A stretch of DNA of 64,000 bases from Escherichia phage humlepung: the sequence record MN850564.1; one strand, written 5' to 3'. The position numbers and the translations under genes were made by a program. The notes beneath the pieces are model-generated. The model made no database searches, had not been told where the DNA came from, and saw only the letters and a program-made list of their open reading frames with translations. Each line of letters begins with the position of its first letter. Position 1 is the stretch's first letter. Shown piece by piece: positions 55,553 through 63,575 of the stretch.

Positions 55553-55818
55553 CAGAGAACGAAGATACTTTCTATGTAGAAGGGTACTTACTGCTACCAC
55601 GACCAAAAGAAACTTATATGCGGGTTGATTTCTCACCAACCATTATGGATAACGTGATGTGTCATATCTTTATGCAAGGTGTCACAGCACAACTTAAGCA
55701 TGTTGGTAAAGAGTGCAAAATAAAGGTTGACACTCATCCAGAAATCAAAGAGAATCACTACACATGGTTCTTACCAGACTCTAAAGAAATCTTAGCAGTT
55801 CTTAAAACGAGGAAGTAA
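55549..55818 (+). CDS. hypothetical protein
   Basis: 89 aa; ATGA-coupled. Confidence 0.45.
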   Translation: MTENEDTFYVEGYLLLPRPKETYMRVDFSPTIMDNVMCHIFMQGVTAQLKHVGKECKIKVDTHPEIKENHYTWFLPDSKEILAVLKTRK

Positions 55819-55820
55819 CT

Positions 55821-56150
55821 ATGCAGATTAATGGAAGAGACTTTGTAGCCGTTTACTACGACGAGAAAGATAAAGAAGTTGGTGTAGCACAAGTAACCTA
55901 TGGCAATGGTAAGTGGCTATATGGAACAATCGCAGTAGTAGGAACAAGAAGTGATACAAAAACTTTTAAAGATTGTGTTGACCTTCTTGAAGAATCCGTC
56001 CACAATCATTGGTGTCTGATATGGATGACTGACAATGAAGTGATGGAACGTTTCAAAAAGATTGATATCAACATAGACAGCATTGAGCATGTTGACTTGT
56101 ATGAACTGACTGAGAAGGTAAATTATGAAAGTAATTCTAGCCAGAGATAA
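55821..56150 (+). CDS. hypothetical protein
   Basis: 109 aa; RBS GAGGAAG. Confidence 0.45.
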   Translation: MQINGRDFVAVYYDEKDKEVGVAQVTYGNGKWLYGTIAVVGTRSDTKTFKDCVDLLEESVHNHWCLIWMTDNEVMERFKKIDINIDSIEHVDLYELTEKVNYESNSSQR

Positions 56151-56352
56151 AAAGACACGGAAAATTATCCGGTCAGCAGTATTTATTGGAAGAAATGAAG
56201 TGATTCCTTTTACAGCAAATGATGTGATAGTCTACAGGAAAAAATTAGCATTCAGTTATTGCTTACGTGGCTTTATCTCCCAGCCATTAGAAGATTTTAA
56301 AAATCGTTGTGGTAAAGGCATCATCATTCAAGAGGCAATTATTCATGGCTGA
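56125..56352 (+). CDS. hypothetical protein
   Basis: 75 aa. Confidence 0.4.
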   Translation: MKVILARDKKTRKIIRSAVFIGRNEVIPFTANDVIVYRKKLAFSYCLRGFISQPLEDFKNRCGKGIIIQEAIIHG

Positions 56353-56545
56353 CTTCTGCAAAGACTGTGCTATCGAGATGTTTGGGCGTGATACAGGTGA
56401 TTTAAAAGGTCTTATCACTGAAGATGACTTTAAAGCTGGCTATGCAATGCCAGTAATCTGTGAAGGTTGTGGATGTATCTGGGTAGACCATGAGGGGCAA
56501 CGTGTAAAACCTTCAGAAGATAAAGAATCTTGGGAGAGATGTTAA
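56345..56545 (+). CDS. small zinc-ribbon protein
   Basis: ATG 56345; CKDC...CEGCGC; coupled to macro-domain gene. Confidence 0.4.
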   Translation: MADFCKDCAIEMFGRDTGDLKGLITEDDFKAGYAMPVICEGCGCIWVDHEGQRVKPSEDKESWERC

Positions 56546-57331
56546 ATGGGTATTGTAAAAATAATCAATGGTGATATCTTTGCCGAATTTGATAAAGGTA
56601 AGTTTGACATCATCGGTCACGGTTGCAACTGTATGAATTTAATGGGTGCAGGTATCGCTGACAAGATTTCTAAACTTTACCCAAAAGCATATGAGACCGA
56701 TACAGAAGTTTATCTATATGCAGGTGGTATAGGACACAAACCCTGTGAAAATTTACTGGGTAATTTCTCTGTAGCACGTTTAAAACAAGGTCGAATAGCT
56801 AACCTTTACACTCAGCTTAAGACTGGTAAAGATGCCCGATACAGTGCTTTAGAATCATCTTTGAAACAGCTTAACAGATACTGTGAAGTCAATCAGTTGA
56901 AGAAAGTCGGGTTACCTATGATTGGCGCAGGTATCGGTGGACTAGACCCTCAAGCCGTCACAGTTATCATTAATCAGGTGATGAAGAGTGTAGATGTTTA
57001 TCTGTATGTCTACGAAGGAGAGATGTACCACAAGTTACGCTCAGGTTGGAATAACTACTGTGAACCAGAATACTTTGCAGGTGTAGTAATGTTCACAGAT
57101 GATACAGTTACCCTCTTCAGACGAAGAAAAGGTAAGATACATCAAAGTAACCCTCCGGTTGAGAAGATGTCTCTAAGTAACGCTCTAGTTACCCACCTGT
57201 CGAAGAGCAATCACAGAATTGCAGTAACATTTGGCAGTGATGCGGATACTTATATCTATGCAAGAACTGATGAGGATATCGAGTTAATCTTCTCTTCACC
57301 AGAGCTTACCTTCTTAGACGCAAAGAACTAA
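56546..57331 (+). CDS. macro-domain (ADP-ribose binding/hydrolase) protein with C-terminal extension
   Basis: N-terminus INGDIFAEF...DIIGHGCNCMNLMGAGIADKI fits the macro-domain GDI...NAAN...GGGV pattern; 261 aa. Confidence 0.55.
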   Translation: MGIVKIINGDIFAEFDKGKFDIIGHGCNCMNLMGAGIADKISKLYPKAYETDTEVYLYAGGIGHKPCENLLGNFSVARLKQGRIANLYTQLKTGKDARYSALESSLKQLNRYCEVNQLKKVGLPMIGAGIGGLDPQAVTVIINQVMKSVDVYLYVYEGEMYHKLRSGWNNYCEPEYFAGVVMFTDDTVTLFRRRKGKIHQSNPPVEKMSLSNALVTHLSKSNHRIAVTFGSDADTYIYARTDEDIELIFSSPELTFLDAKN

Positions 57332-57405
57332 GAAACTTCGTAGCATATTCACAATAGACTAAGCCTTTCTTATCTGGTAAATTTTTTCAGGTAAGGAGGG
57401 CTTTT

Positions 57406-57585
57406 TCATTTTAGAATTGTGCAGGTAGAGTTATGTAGAGAAATCTATAGAGAAAATTTTGAACTCCAAAGAGAAAATTCATTTTCAAACTGTGCAGGTA
57501 ATCTCCAAAGAGCTTTTTCATTTTCAAAACGTGCAGACCCCGCTCAGGTCGGGCAAGAAAAATCATTTTAGAATTGTGCAGGTAG
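57406..57585 (+). repeat. iteron-like direct repeats (4 copies of ~23 bp TCATTTT(A/C)(G/A)AA(T/C)(T/C)GTGCAGGTA)
   Basis: Copies at 57406, 57479, 57518, 57563; copies 1 and 4 identical; CTCCAAAGAG also repeated. Confidence 0.6.
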
Positions 57586-57600
57586 GTTTTTATAGACAGC

Positions 57601-57640
57601 CAGCCCAACCCCTCTCCCCCTCTTACTCCCCCTCTCCCCA
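57601..57640 (+). repeat. polypyrimidine C-rich tract
   Basis: CAGCCCAACCCCTCTCCCCCTCTTACTCCCCCTCTCCCC, between iterons and strong promoter. Confidence 0.5.
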
Positions 57641-57760
57641 AAAGTCAAGAGAAAAATTTGTAGCGGATTGAAAAATAATTCTTGATTTGCGTTCTGTTTT
57701 GTGGTAGTCGTGCGCACCCGTTTCATTACAGTTTTGCCAAAAATATTTTTAAGATTTTTA

Positions 57761-57852
57761 TTGACTCTTTGAACGTGGTTATCTAATATTTACATCAACG
57801 GGGAGGGAATGACCTTCCCCACTAAATAAAATCCTAAACTGGAGATTCAAAA
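57761..57852 (+). promoter_or_regulatory. cassette type 1 (promoter TTGACT-N17-TAATAT, 5-prime hairpin, conserved leader with GGAG)
   Basis: Hairpin GGGGAGGGAATGACCTTCCCC at 57800-57820; leader ACTAAATAAAATCCTAAACTGGAGATTCAAAAATG. Confidence 0.65.
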
Positions 57853-58236
57853 ATGGCATACCGCGCACCGAAATTCATCAATAAAGAAAATTTTCGTAAT
57901 GTATTAGAGAAGGTGCTTGATGAAAAATTTAACGGCAAAATAATTGTTGTTCACGCATACAATTTCAAGTATGATATCAACGGGAATAAAATCAACCATT
58001 ACACGGCAACTATGTTAGATGGCAATCTTTCAAGTGAAAAAGCCGTACTGAATGCACTTGCCGGACGTGGAAAAAACCTGATAAGATGCGATAAGAGACG
58101 TTATCAGGGTGGCGCATATGGTTACGATGATGCTATTTATCATCTTGAAAATATGGGCTATCAAGTAGAAAAAGCTGGAGTATCACAAATCATCGGCAGT
58201 GATGGCTATGTAACAATCTTCAAAATTAACAAATAA
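57853..58236 (+). CDS. cassette gene A, hypothetical
   Basis: 127 aa; starts ATG GCA in conserved leader. Confidence 0.55.
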   Translation: MAYRAPKFINKENFRNVLEKVLDEKFNGKIIVVHAYNFKYDINGNKINHYTATMLDGNLSSEKAVLNALAGRGKNLIRCDKRRYQGGAYGYDDAIYHLENMGYQVEKAGVSQIIGSDGYVTIFKINK

Positions 58237-58322
58237 AGTACTTTACAGGGGGCTTATAGTTCGATAAAGTAAGCCCCAGATAAAGAGCTTTACCACTAAA
58301 TCCTAAATTGGAGAACTTAAAA
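58234..58322 (+). repeat. cassette type 2 (palindrome TAAAGTACTTTA, hairpin, conserved leader)
   Basis: Palindrome begins with upstream stop codon; hairpin GGGGCTTATAGTTCGATAAAGTAAGCCCC without U-tract; shared leader/SD. Confidence 0.6.
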
Positions 58323-58613
58323 ATGGCTATTATCAAAAACGTTGTAATTCCCGCAAAAACTCGTGATGACGCTCGCATCATGGCGAAAAAGTTAGGCGGG
58401 AAAGTGGTTGACAATGGAAAACAATCTGCTGTAAGATGGGGTGTGAAGGCTGATAAACAGTTGAAGTTAAAAAATTCACCGATAAACCTTTTTACATGTG
58501 TAAACACTATCGGGAAGACAAATGTATACACGAAAAAAGCATATATTAGACGCGTAGCATTAACATCCCCCATTCGTACAATGAGAAGTTATGCAAAGCT
58601 GAAAATTAACTGA
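58323..58613 (+). CDS. cassette gene B, small basic protein
   Basis: ATG 58323 (track start is TTG); 96 aa; MAII N-terminus. Confidence 0.5.
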   Translation: MAIIKNVVIPAKTRDDARIMAKKLGGKVVDNGKQSAVRWGVKADKQLKLKNSPINLFTCVNTIGKTNVYTKKAYIRRVALTSPIRTMRSYAKLKIN

Positions 58614-58700
58614 TAAAGTACTTTACAGGGGGCTTAAAAGTTGGTATCTTAAGCCCCAGATAAAGAGCTTTACCACTAAATCCTAAACTGGAGATTCAAA
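58614..58700 (+). repeat. cassette type 2
   Basis: TAAAGTACTTTA palindrome; hairpin GGGGCTTAA...TTAAGCCCC with changed loop; conserved leader. Confidence 0.6.
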
Positions 58701-59213
58701 ATGAAAACTGTAGACGCTACTTTTGAAGTTGTAAAAGAAAAATTCACTATTATTTATGAAGCGGTAAATTGCTACGAAGCAAGCCATAATCTTGATAATT
58801 GGAAGTTTACAGATGACCATCAAGGCGGCGTGACTGTTAAAAACCCTAACTGTCAGCGTAACGATTTTAAATATGCAATCCCTTTAAATTATAGCCTTAA
58901 ACAGCTTTCTAGTGACTATGCAAAACAAGGCCGGGAAAATCCATCAAAAGAGGCTTACGCAAGCTTACAGAAAGAACTAGAAAGAGATTTAGAGGCTTCA
59001 GAGTACAACCTTGCCGCGAAAGTTGTCGATGCAAACGGTAACACGGTTTTAGAAAGTTTTTATCTTGGTTATGCTTTCGATTGGTGCTATAGTGACGGTG
59101 ATGATTTAGAGGAAAGACTAAAAGAAGAGGTGAGCAATTCAGACGCAGAAACTGAAGTATTAGAACGTTTGGAATCGTTGAAAGACTCAGTGATGAATAT
59201 CTTTAAGAACTAA
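58701..59213 (+). CDS. cassette gene C, acidic hypothetical protein
   Basis: 170 aa; acidic C-terminal half. Confidence 0.5.
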   Translation: MKTVDATFEVVKEKFTIIYEAVNCYEASHNLDNWKFTDDHQGGVTVKNPNCQRNDFKYAIPLNYSLKQLSSDYAKQGRENPSKEAYASLQKELERDLEASEYNLAAKVVDANGNTVLESFYLGYAFDWCYSDGDDLEERLKEEVSNSDAETEVLERLESLKDSVMNIFKN

Positions 59214-59305
59214 ATAGATTTCTTTACACGGGGTTATCAAGCTGGTAAGATAGCCCCAGATAAAGAGATTTATCAAATAAAGCCCTTAAACTAGGAGATT
59301 CTAAA
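59214..59305 (+). repeat. cassette type 2 (diverged copy)
   Basis: CTTTACACGGGGTTATC...GATAGCCCCAGATAAAGAG; hairpin retained with a G-U pair. Confidence 0.45.
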
Positions 59306-59602
59306 ATGAAATTATCAAATCAAGTGCGTGAAAATCTGAGCAAATTACTCAACAAAATTGATTTTATCGAGACATCAAGAAATAATCATGATGTTATGGA
59401 ATGGTTGCACGGCAAAATAAAAGGCCGTCGCGTAGTGATTTGCTTATGGAATAGTTGCAGGGAGTATAAAAAACCTGTATTGCAAGTAAATATTTATGAT
59501 GATACTTTTAAAAGTCCAGTAAAGTCTAAAAGTGACTTATTAGAATCCTATGAGATAACTGTAAATGGCAAAGTATCACGTAAAGAGGAAACACCATGTT
59601 AA
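59306..59602 (+). CDS. cassette gene D, hypothetical
   Basis: 98 aa. Confidence 0.5.
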   Translation: MKLSNQVRENLSKLLNKIDFIETSRNNHDVMEWLHGKIKGRRVVICLWNSCREYKKPVLQVNIYDDTFKSPVKSKSDLLESYEITVNGKVSRKEETPC

Positions 59603-59928
59603 TGACTGGCATCACCGCAATCCTTGCCATTTTCGCGCTATATAAGGCATATAAAGCCTATAATCTAGCAAATAAGGCAATCACGCAACAGGTCAATAAT
59701 AGCTTTGTAATGAGCTTTCTGGAGCGTTTAAGTGATGAACAAATAAAACGGTTAGAAATGAGCTTCAGATTTCAATCAAAAACTTATCAAATCAGCGACA
59801 TTTTCAAAGATGATTTTCAGTTAGTCGATGATTATAATTCTCTGATAAATGCTTTAAATGTCAGTGACTTAAAAGACTACTACGCTGTAATTGTTCAAGA
59901 ATTGAGCAAACGAAAAAATTCCTCTTGA
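59596..59928 (+). CDS. cassette gene E, membrane-anchored protein
   Basis: 110 aa; N-terminal TM segment ITAILAIFALY; coupled to gene D. Confidence 0.45.
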   Translation: MLMTGITAILAIFALYKAYKAYNLANKAITQQVNNSFVMSFLERLSDEQIKRLEMSFRFQSKTYQISDIFKDDFQLVDDYNSLINALNVSDLKDYYAVIVQELSKRKNSS

Positions 59929-60015
59929 TTTTGGTTTTTAAAACAAGTAAATTACTAATCAACGGGAGGTAATAACCTCCCCACTAAGTAAAGTCCTTAA
60001 ACTAGGAGATTCAAA
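59925..60015 (+). promoter_or_regulatory. cassette type 1 (TTGATT-N17-TAAATT, hairpin, leader)
   Basis: Hairpin GGGAGGTAATAACCTCCC (compensatory changes on both arms); conserved leader. Confidence 0.6.
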
Positions 60016-60288
60016 ATGTACACTACTAACAACGGTCGCACCTTAAACGTAACCATTCGTCACTATGTGAACGGTGTAATGCACTTCGAAGATTTACAAG
60101 CCGAACAACATATCTTAGATTGGCAACTTGCAGGACTACAAAAAACTGCTACAGGATACGGGAAAAAGATTCCAACCAGTTGGAAAGTATACTACGAAGG
60201 CCGTTTGCGCAGAATTTATCAGGATGTGCAAAGCAATAGCGCATCGAGTTACATCATAGTAAAAGGTAAAAAGCTGCATTTAGTGTAA
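60016..60288 (+). CDS. cassette gene F, hypothetical
   Basis: 90 aa. Confidence 0.5.
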   Translation: MYTTNNGRTLNVTIRHYVNGVMHFEDLQAEQHILDWQLAGLQKTATGYGKKIPTSWKVYYEGRLRRIYQDVQSNSASSYIIVKGKKLHLV

Positions 60289-60374
60289 AGTACTTTACAG
60301 GGGGCTTATAGTTCGATAAAGTAAGCCCCAGATAAAGAGCTTTACCACTAAATCCTAAATTGGAGAACTTAAAA
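60286..60374 (+). repeat. cassette type 2
   Basis: Near-identical to copy at 58234 (stop TAA embedded in palindrome). Confidence 0.6.
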
Positions 60375-60779
60375 ATGGCTATTAATAACCGTGAATTATC
60401 AATCTTAAAAGCACGTTTGACCGTTAACCGGATTAATGTTATCACGTCATCAGCGCCTGATGAGACATTGCACAACATTATCGGGAAGATTCAAAGCGTT
60501 ATCTTAGACGTTGAAAACGTAAAAAAATCATTGGCTGACGTTGCATCAGGTATCACGCTAGACGGCGCACAATATGAAATGGCTGACATGTTAGGCAAAT
60601 CAAAGATAATGAATAAAGAGCTTGATTTAAAAATGTTTCGATTTGCTGTTAAAGTATGGCTATCCGTCGAGTATGACGCTAATTTTGCAATCGCTGATTT
60701 CTTTGCCACTTGGTTACAACGTAATTTGACAAATCACGATTTTCGTGATGTCTGTGATGCAATTTATGCAGAACTCTAA
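60375..60779 (+). CDS. cassette gene G, hypothetical
   Basis: ATG 60375 (track start TTG); 134 aa; MAIN N-terminus. Confidence 0.5.
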   Translation: MAINNRELSILKARLTVNRINVITSSAPDETLHNIIGKIQSVILDVENVKKSLADVASGITLDGAQYEMADMLGKSKIMNKELDLKMFRFAVKVWLSVEYDANFAIADFFATWLQRNLTNHDFRDVCDAIYAEL

Positions 60780-60787
60780 AAATTTTG

Positions 60788-60879
60788 TTGACACCGGTTT
60801 TTAGATAGATTAAATTACACATCAACGGGGAGGGAGTGACCTTCCCCACTAAGTAAAGTCCTAAACTGGAGATTCTAAA
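60788..60879 (+). promoter_or_regulatory. cassette type 1 (TTGACA-N17-TAAATT, hairpin, leader)
   Basis: Hairpin GGGGAGGGAGTGACCTTCCCC. Confidence 0.65.
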
Positions 60880-61083
60880 ATGGCTATTATTAACGGCTTA
60901 AACATTGAAACTACACACATCAAAGATATCAAAGTTGGCGATATAGTCCTTTCCCACGGCGTAGAAAAAACTGTCACTACAAAGGATATCAAAGAGGATT
61001 CTTTCATGGGTAGGACTCTCTTCGGTGATTCTTATTGCTTAGGGTATCTTGCAGTCTTAAAAGTTGTCAAAAATAACAAATAA
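60880..61083 (+). CDS. cassette gene H, small hypothetical
   Basis: 67 aa; MAII N-terminus. Confidence 0.5.
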   Translation: MAIINGLNIETTHIKDIKVGDIVLSHGVEKTVTTKDIKEDSFMGRTLFGDSYCLGYLAVLKVVKNNK

Positions 61084-61169
61084 AGTACTTTACAAGGGGC
61101 TTATAGTTCGATAAAGTAAGCCCCAGATAAAGAGCTTTACCACTAAATCCTAAACTGGAGATTCAAAAA
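61081..61169 (+). repeat. cassette type 2
   Basis: TAAAGTACTTTACAAGGGGCTTATAGTTCGATAAAGTAAGCCCC...leader. Confidence 0.6.
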
Positions 61170-61712
61170 ATGAAATGCTTTCACGGTACTACTCAAGAAA
61201 ACTTTATCAACCTGATTAATAATGGTGATAAGCCATCAGGTGCATGGAATTGTTCGGATATGGACGGCAATTTTTACGTGTACCCAGAAAATAAAATCTA
61301 TGGCGACGATGAGGAAGAGATAATCTCTGAAGGTATCCAGCAAGCGTTAGGTAATGCCACTATTACGGCCGCTTTCCAGATGAAAACCCAAAATATTGTT
61401 ATCTTAGAACTTGATATCCCAGAGGATGACCTAAATGACGATTATTCTTGTGATAATATGTCTGGCGTAGCAAGTTTTACAGAATACTTCGATTTAAATT
61501 GGATTAAAAAGGTTTACGTAACAGAGTTTAACGCTATGTATTCGCCTTTTTGTCTTCCTTCATTGGATAACCCAAATTTAAATTATCTTGATGAGTCTCT
61601 GGAGCTTCTTGCTAAAAGTGTCCAACAGTCGGACAGTATTCAGGTTTTTTGTGACATCATGGACACACTAACGGGAAACATCGCAGAAGAGGATTTAAAG
61701 AGCTTTTTCTAA
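61170..61712 (+). CDS. cassette gene I, acidic hypothetical protein
   Basis: 180 aa. Confidence 0.5.
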   Translation: MKCFHGTTQENFINLINNGDKPSGAWNCSDMDGNFYVYPENKIYGDDEEEIISEGIQQALGNATITAAFQMKTQNIVILELDIPEDDLNDDYSCDNMSGVASFTEYFDLNWIKKVYVTEFNAMYSPFCLPSLDNPNLNYLDESLELLAKSVQQSDSIQVFCDIMDTLTGNIAEEDLKSFF

Positions 61713-61744
61713 AAACCTATGCAATCGCCTTATAAACACTGATT

Positions 61745-61764
61745 AGCCCCTCACAGGGGCTTTT
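61745..61764 (+). terminator. rho-independent terminator
   Basis: GCCCC-TCACA-GGGGC followed by TTTT. Confidence 0.5.
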
Positions 61765-61778
61765 AAGAGGCTTAAATC

Positions 61779-62012
61779 ATGCTTACAACCGTTTATCTTA
61801 TCCTTTCTATTTGTAATGGTCATTCATGTGATTTTAAAGGGCTTGAGGAGTTTACAGGAAGTAAAGAAAATGCTGTTCAGGTCTGTCAGATAGCAAGGCA
61901 AGACTACCCCGCCAGTGATGACATACAATGTTACTTTAAGACAGAAGATGAAGATGGTATCTATTTCGATAGTGTAGACGGTCAATATGAAATAATTATA
62001 GAAAAAGACTAG
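61779..62012 (+). CDS. cassette gene J, small Cys-containing protein
   Basis: 77 aa; RBS AAGAGG. Confidence 0.45.
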   Translation: MLTTVYLILSICNGHSCDFKGLEEFTGSKENAVQVCQIARQDYPASDDIQCYFKTEDEDGIYFDSVDGQYEIIIEKD

Positions 62013-62102
62013 ACAAGCCTGATAAAAATCTGTAAATTACTAATCAACGGGGAGGGAATGACCTTCCCCACTAAACAAAATCCTAAACTGGAGATTCAAA
62101 AA
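62010..62102 (+). promoter_or_regulatory. cassette type 1 (TAGACA-N17-TAAATT, hairpin, leader)
   Basis: Hairpin GGGGAGGGAATGACCTTCCCC at 62049-62069. Confidence 0.6.
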
Positions 62103-62444
62103 ATGGCTTATGTAACCGTAATTACCGATAAAGCTGGCGCATCTTGGTCAACTCAGGTTAGTGATAAGATGTCGCCTATGCAGTGCCTAAAATACTTTGA
62201 ACAGTGGAACAAAGGCGAGGACACAAGCCCCTTTCACGTAATGCAGATTATTCATGTAGACAATGAAGGGAAGAAAACAACTCTGAATAGTGAGTACTAC
62301 GCAAGCCGTTTTGAAACGAGAAGTAAAGCAATGAAGCTCTTACGTGAGGCCGGATATGGTCACATTGCCGCGATAATCTGGGATGACCTTCTAAAAAGTC
62401 AACGTATCAGCTATGTAAAGCCTGAAAAAATATTCATCAGTTAA
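62103..62444 (+). CDS. cassette gene K, hypothetical
   Basis: ATG 62103 (track ORF starts inside the hairpin at 62058); 113 aa. Confidence 0.5.
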   Translation: MAYVTVITDKAGASWSTQVSDKMSPMQCLKYFEQWNKGEDTSPFHVMQIIHVDNEGKKTTLNSEYYASRFETRSKAMKLLREAGYGHIAAIIWDDLLKSQRISYVKPEKIFIS

Positions 62445-62573
62445 TCAATAACTTACAAAAAACTTTTAAAAAAGTGTTGACAATACCCCTTGACATTGGT
62501 AACTTTGTTCGAGGGGGTTTATCTAAAAGGGATTCACTTAAAAGATTCTTTATAGATAAGCTTAAAAAATTGC

Positions 62574-62663
62574 TTGCAATCAGCTATCAAAACAAGTAAA
62601 TTACTAATCAACGGGAGGGATGACCTCCCCACTAAATAAAATCCTTAAACTAGGAGAGTCAAA
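62574..62663 (+). promoter_or_regulatory. cassette type 1 (TTGCAA-N17-TAAATT, hairpin, leader)
   Basis: Hairpin GGGAGGGATGACCTCCCC; additional TTGACA motifs at 62475-62495 upstream. Confidence 0.6.
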
Positions 62664-63194
62664 ATGAACAAGTTTAAAGCTATCAACTTCATTCGTTCAA
62701 ATGCTGTAATGTCAAAACCTGTAAAAGACACATACGAATTTCGCTGCAATGGGGTACACTTTGCAACCATCACTAAGTCAGAAAACGGGGCTTATTACGT
62801 ACATCGTCGTAATGTTGCAACCGTTGTAGTCTCTCACTTTATGCAAGCTGTAGCGGAGTTATTACCGTTATTCTTAGAGATTTATCTAGGTGAGTGTAAA
62901 AACGTTCGTAACCACGTTAAAAACCTTTTAAACGGTTATAAAATGGCTTATGAACGTTCTATCAAGTCCTTGAACAAGTTCTATAAATCCCCTGTAAATA
63001 CTGTTTCAATGGCTTACACTGTAAGCGGTGAGTTGGTTAGCCTCTTCGAAGTAGAAGAAATTGAACTATATGACTCACGTCCTAGCGGTTACTCTAAGAC
63101 ACTGGGAGAAGGATTATCTTTCAATATCAAGAACTTAGAAAAAACTTTAAAAGATATTGAAAAAGATATTGACGAGACAATCAAAAGTCTGTAA
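62664..63194 (+). CDS. cassette gene L, hypothetical
   Basis: 176 aa. Confidence 0.5.
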   Translation: MNKFKAINFIRSNAVMSKPVKDTYEFRCNGVHFATITKSENGAYYVHRRNVATVVVSHFMQAVAELLPLFLEIYLGECKNVRNHVKNLLNGYKMAYERSIKSLNKFYKSPVNTVSMAYTVSGELVSLFEVEEIELYDSRPSGYSKTLGEGLSFNIKNLEKTLKDIEKDIDETIKSL

Positions 63195-63260
63195 ATTGTC
63201 AATCAACGGGGAGGGAATGACCTTCCCCACTAAATGAAGTCCTAAACTGGAGATTCTAAA
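63169..63260 (+). promoter_or_regulatory. cassette type 1 (TTGACG-N17-TAAATT, hairpin, leader); -35 lies inside the 3-prime end of gene L
   Basis: Hairpin GGGGAGGGAATGACCTTCCCC at 63208-63228. Confidence 0.6.
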
Positions 63261-63509
63261 ATGGCTACTATCCGCGCAACTGTTAACGAATTCGGCTTCT
63301 ACTCTCTGGACGTTAAATTTGACCTTGTAGGTACTGATAACACCTTTGAAATGGTGAAAGGCCTTATCAGCCAGACCATCAGTGACTACAACCCCTCTGA
63401 TGAATTCTGGAAAGAAACAAAACAGGAAGTTCTCAAAGAGGGTTATACATACCACTACTGGGGTGAAAAAATTGTCTCCCTGTACTACGACAAAAAAGGC
63501 ACTAACTAA
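63261..63509 (+). CDS. cassette gene M, hypothetical
   Basis: 82 aa; MATI N-terminus. Confidence 0.5.
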   Translation: MATIRATVNEFGFYSLDVKFDLVGTDNTFEMVKGLISQTISDYNPSDEFWKETKQEVLKEGYTYHYWGEKIVSLYYDKKGTN

Positions 63510-63547
63510 ACGCCGCAACGGGGCTAAATAGCCCCAGATACCTTTAC

Positions 63548-63575
63548 AGCCCCTTTCCCATAGGGGCTTTTTTAC
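63548..63575 (+). terminator. rho-independent terminator closing the cassette array
   Basis: AGCCCC...GGGGCT followed by T6; preceded by a type-2-like hairpin GGGGCTAAATAGCCCCAGATA. Confidence 0.55.

Noticed and set aside
57411-57671. Track ORFs 57411..57641 (-) and 57459..57671 (+)
   Set aside because: Both lie entirely within the iteron and poly-C repeat block, have Gly/Pro-rich low-complexity translations derived from the C-rich tract, and lack ribosome-binding sites.
58701-59213. Cassette gene C as an ArdA/Ocr-like DNA-mimic anti-restriction protein
   Set aside because: The protein is acidic in its C-terminal half, but I could not match ArdA or Ocr signature motifs from sequence alone, so it stays a hypothetical protein.
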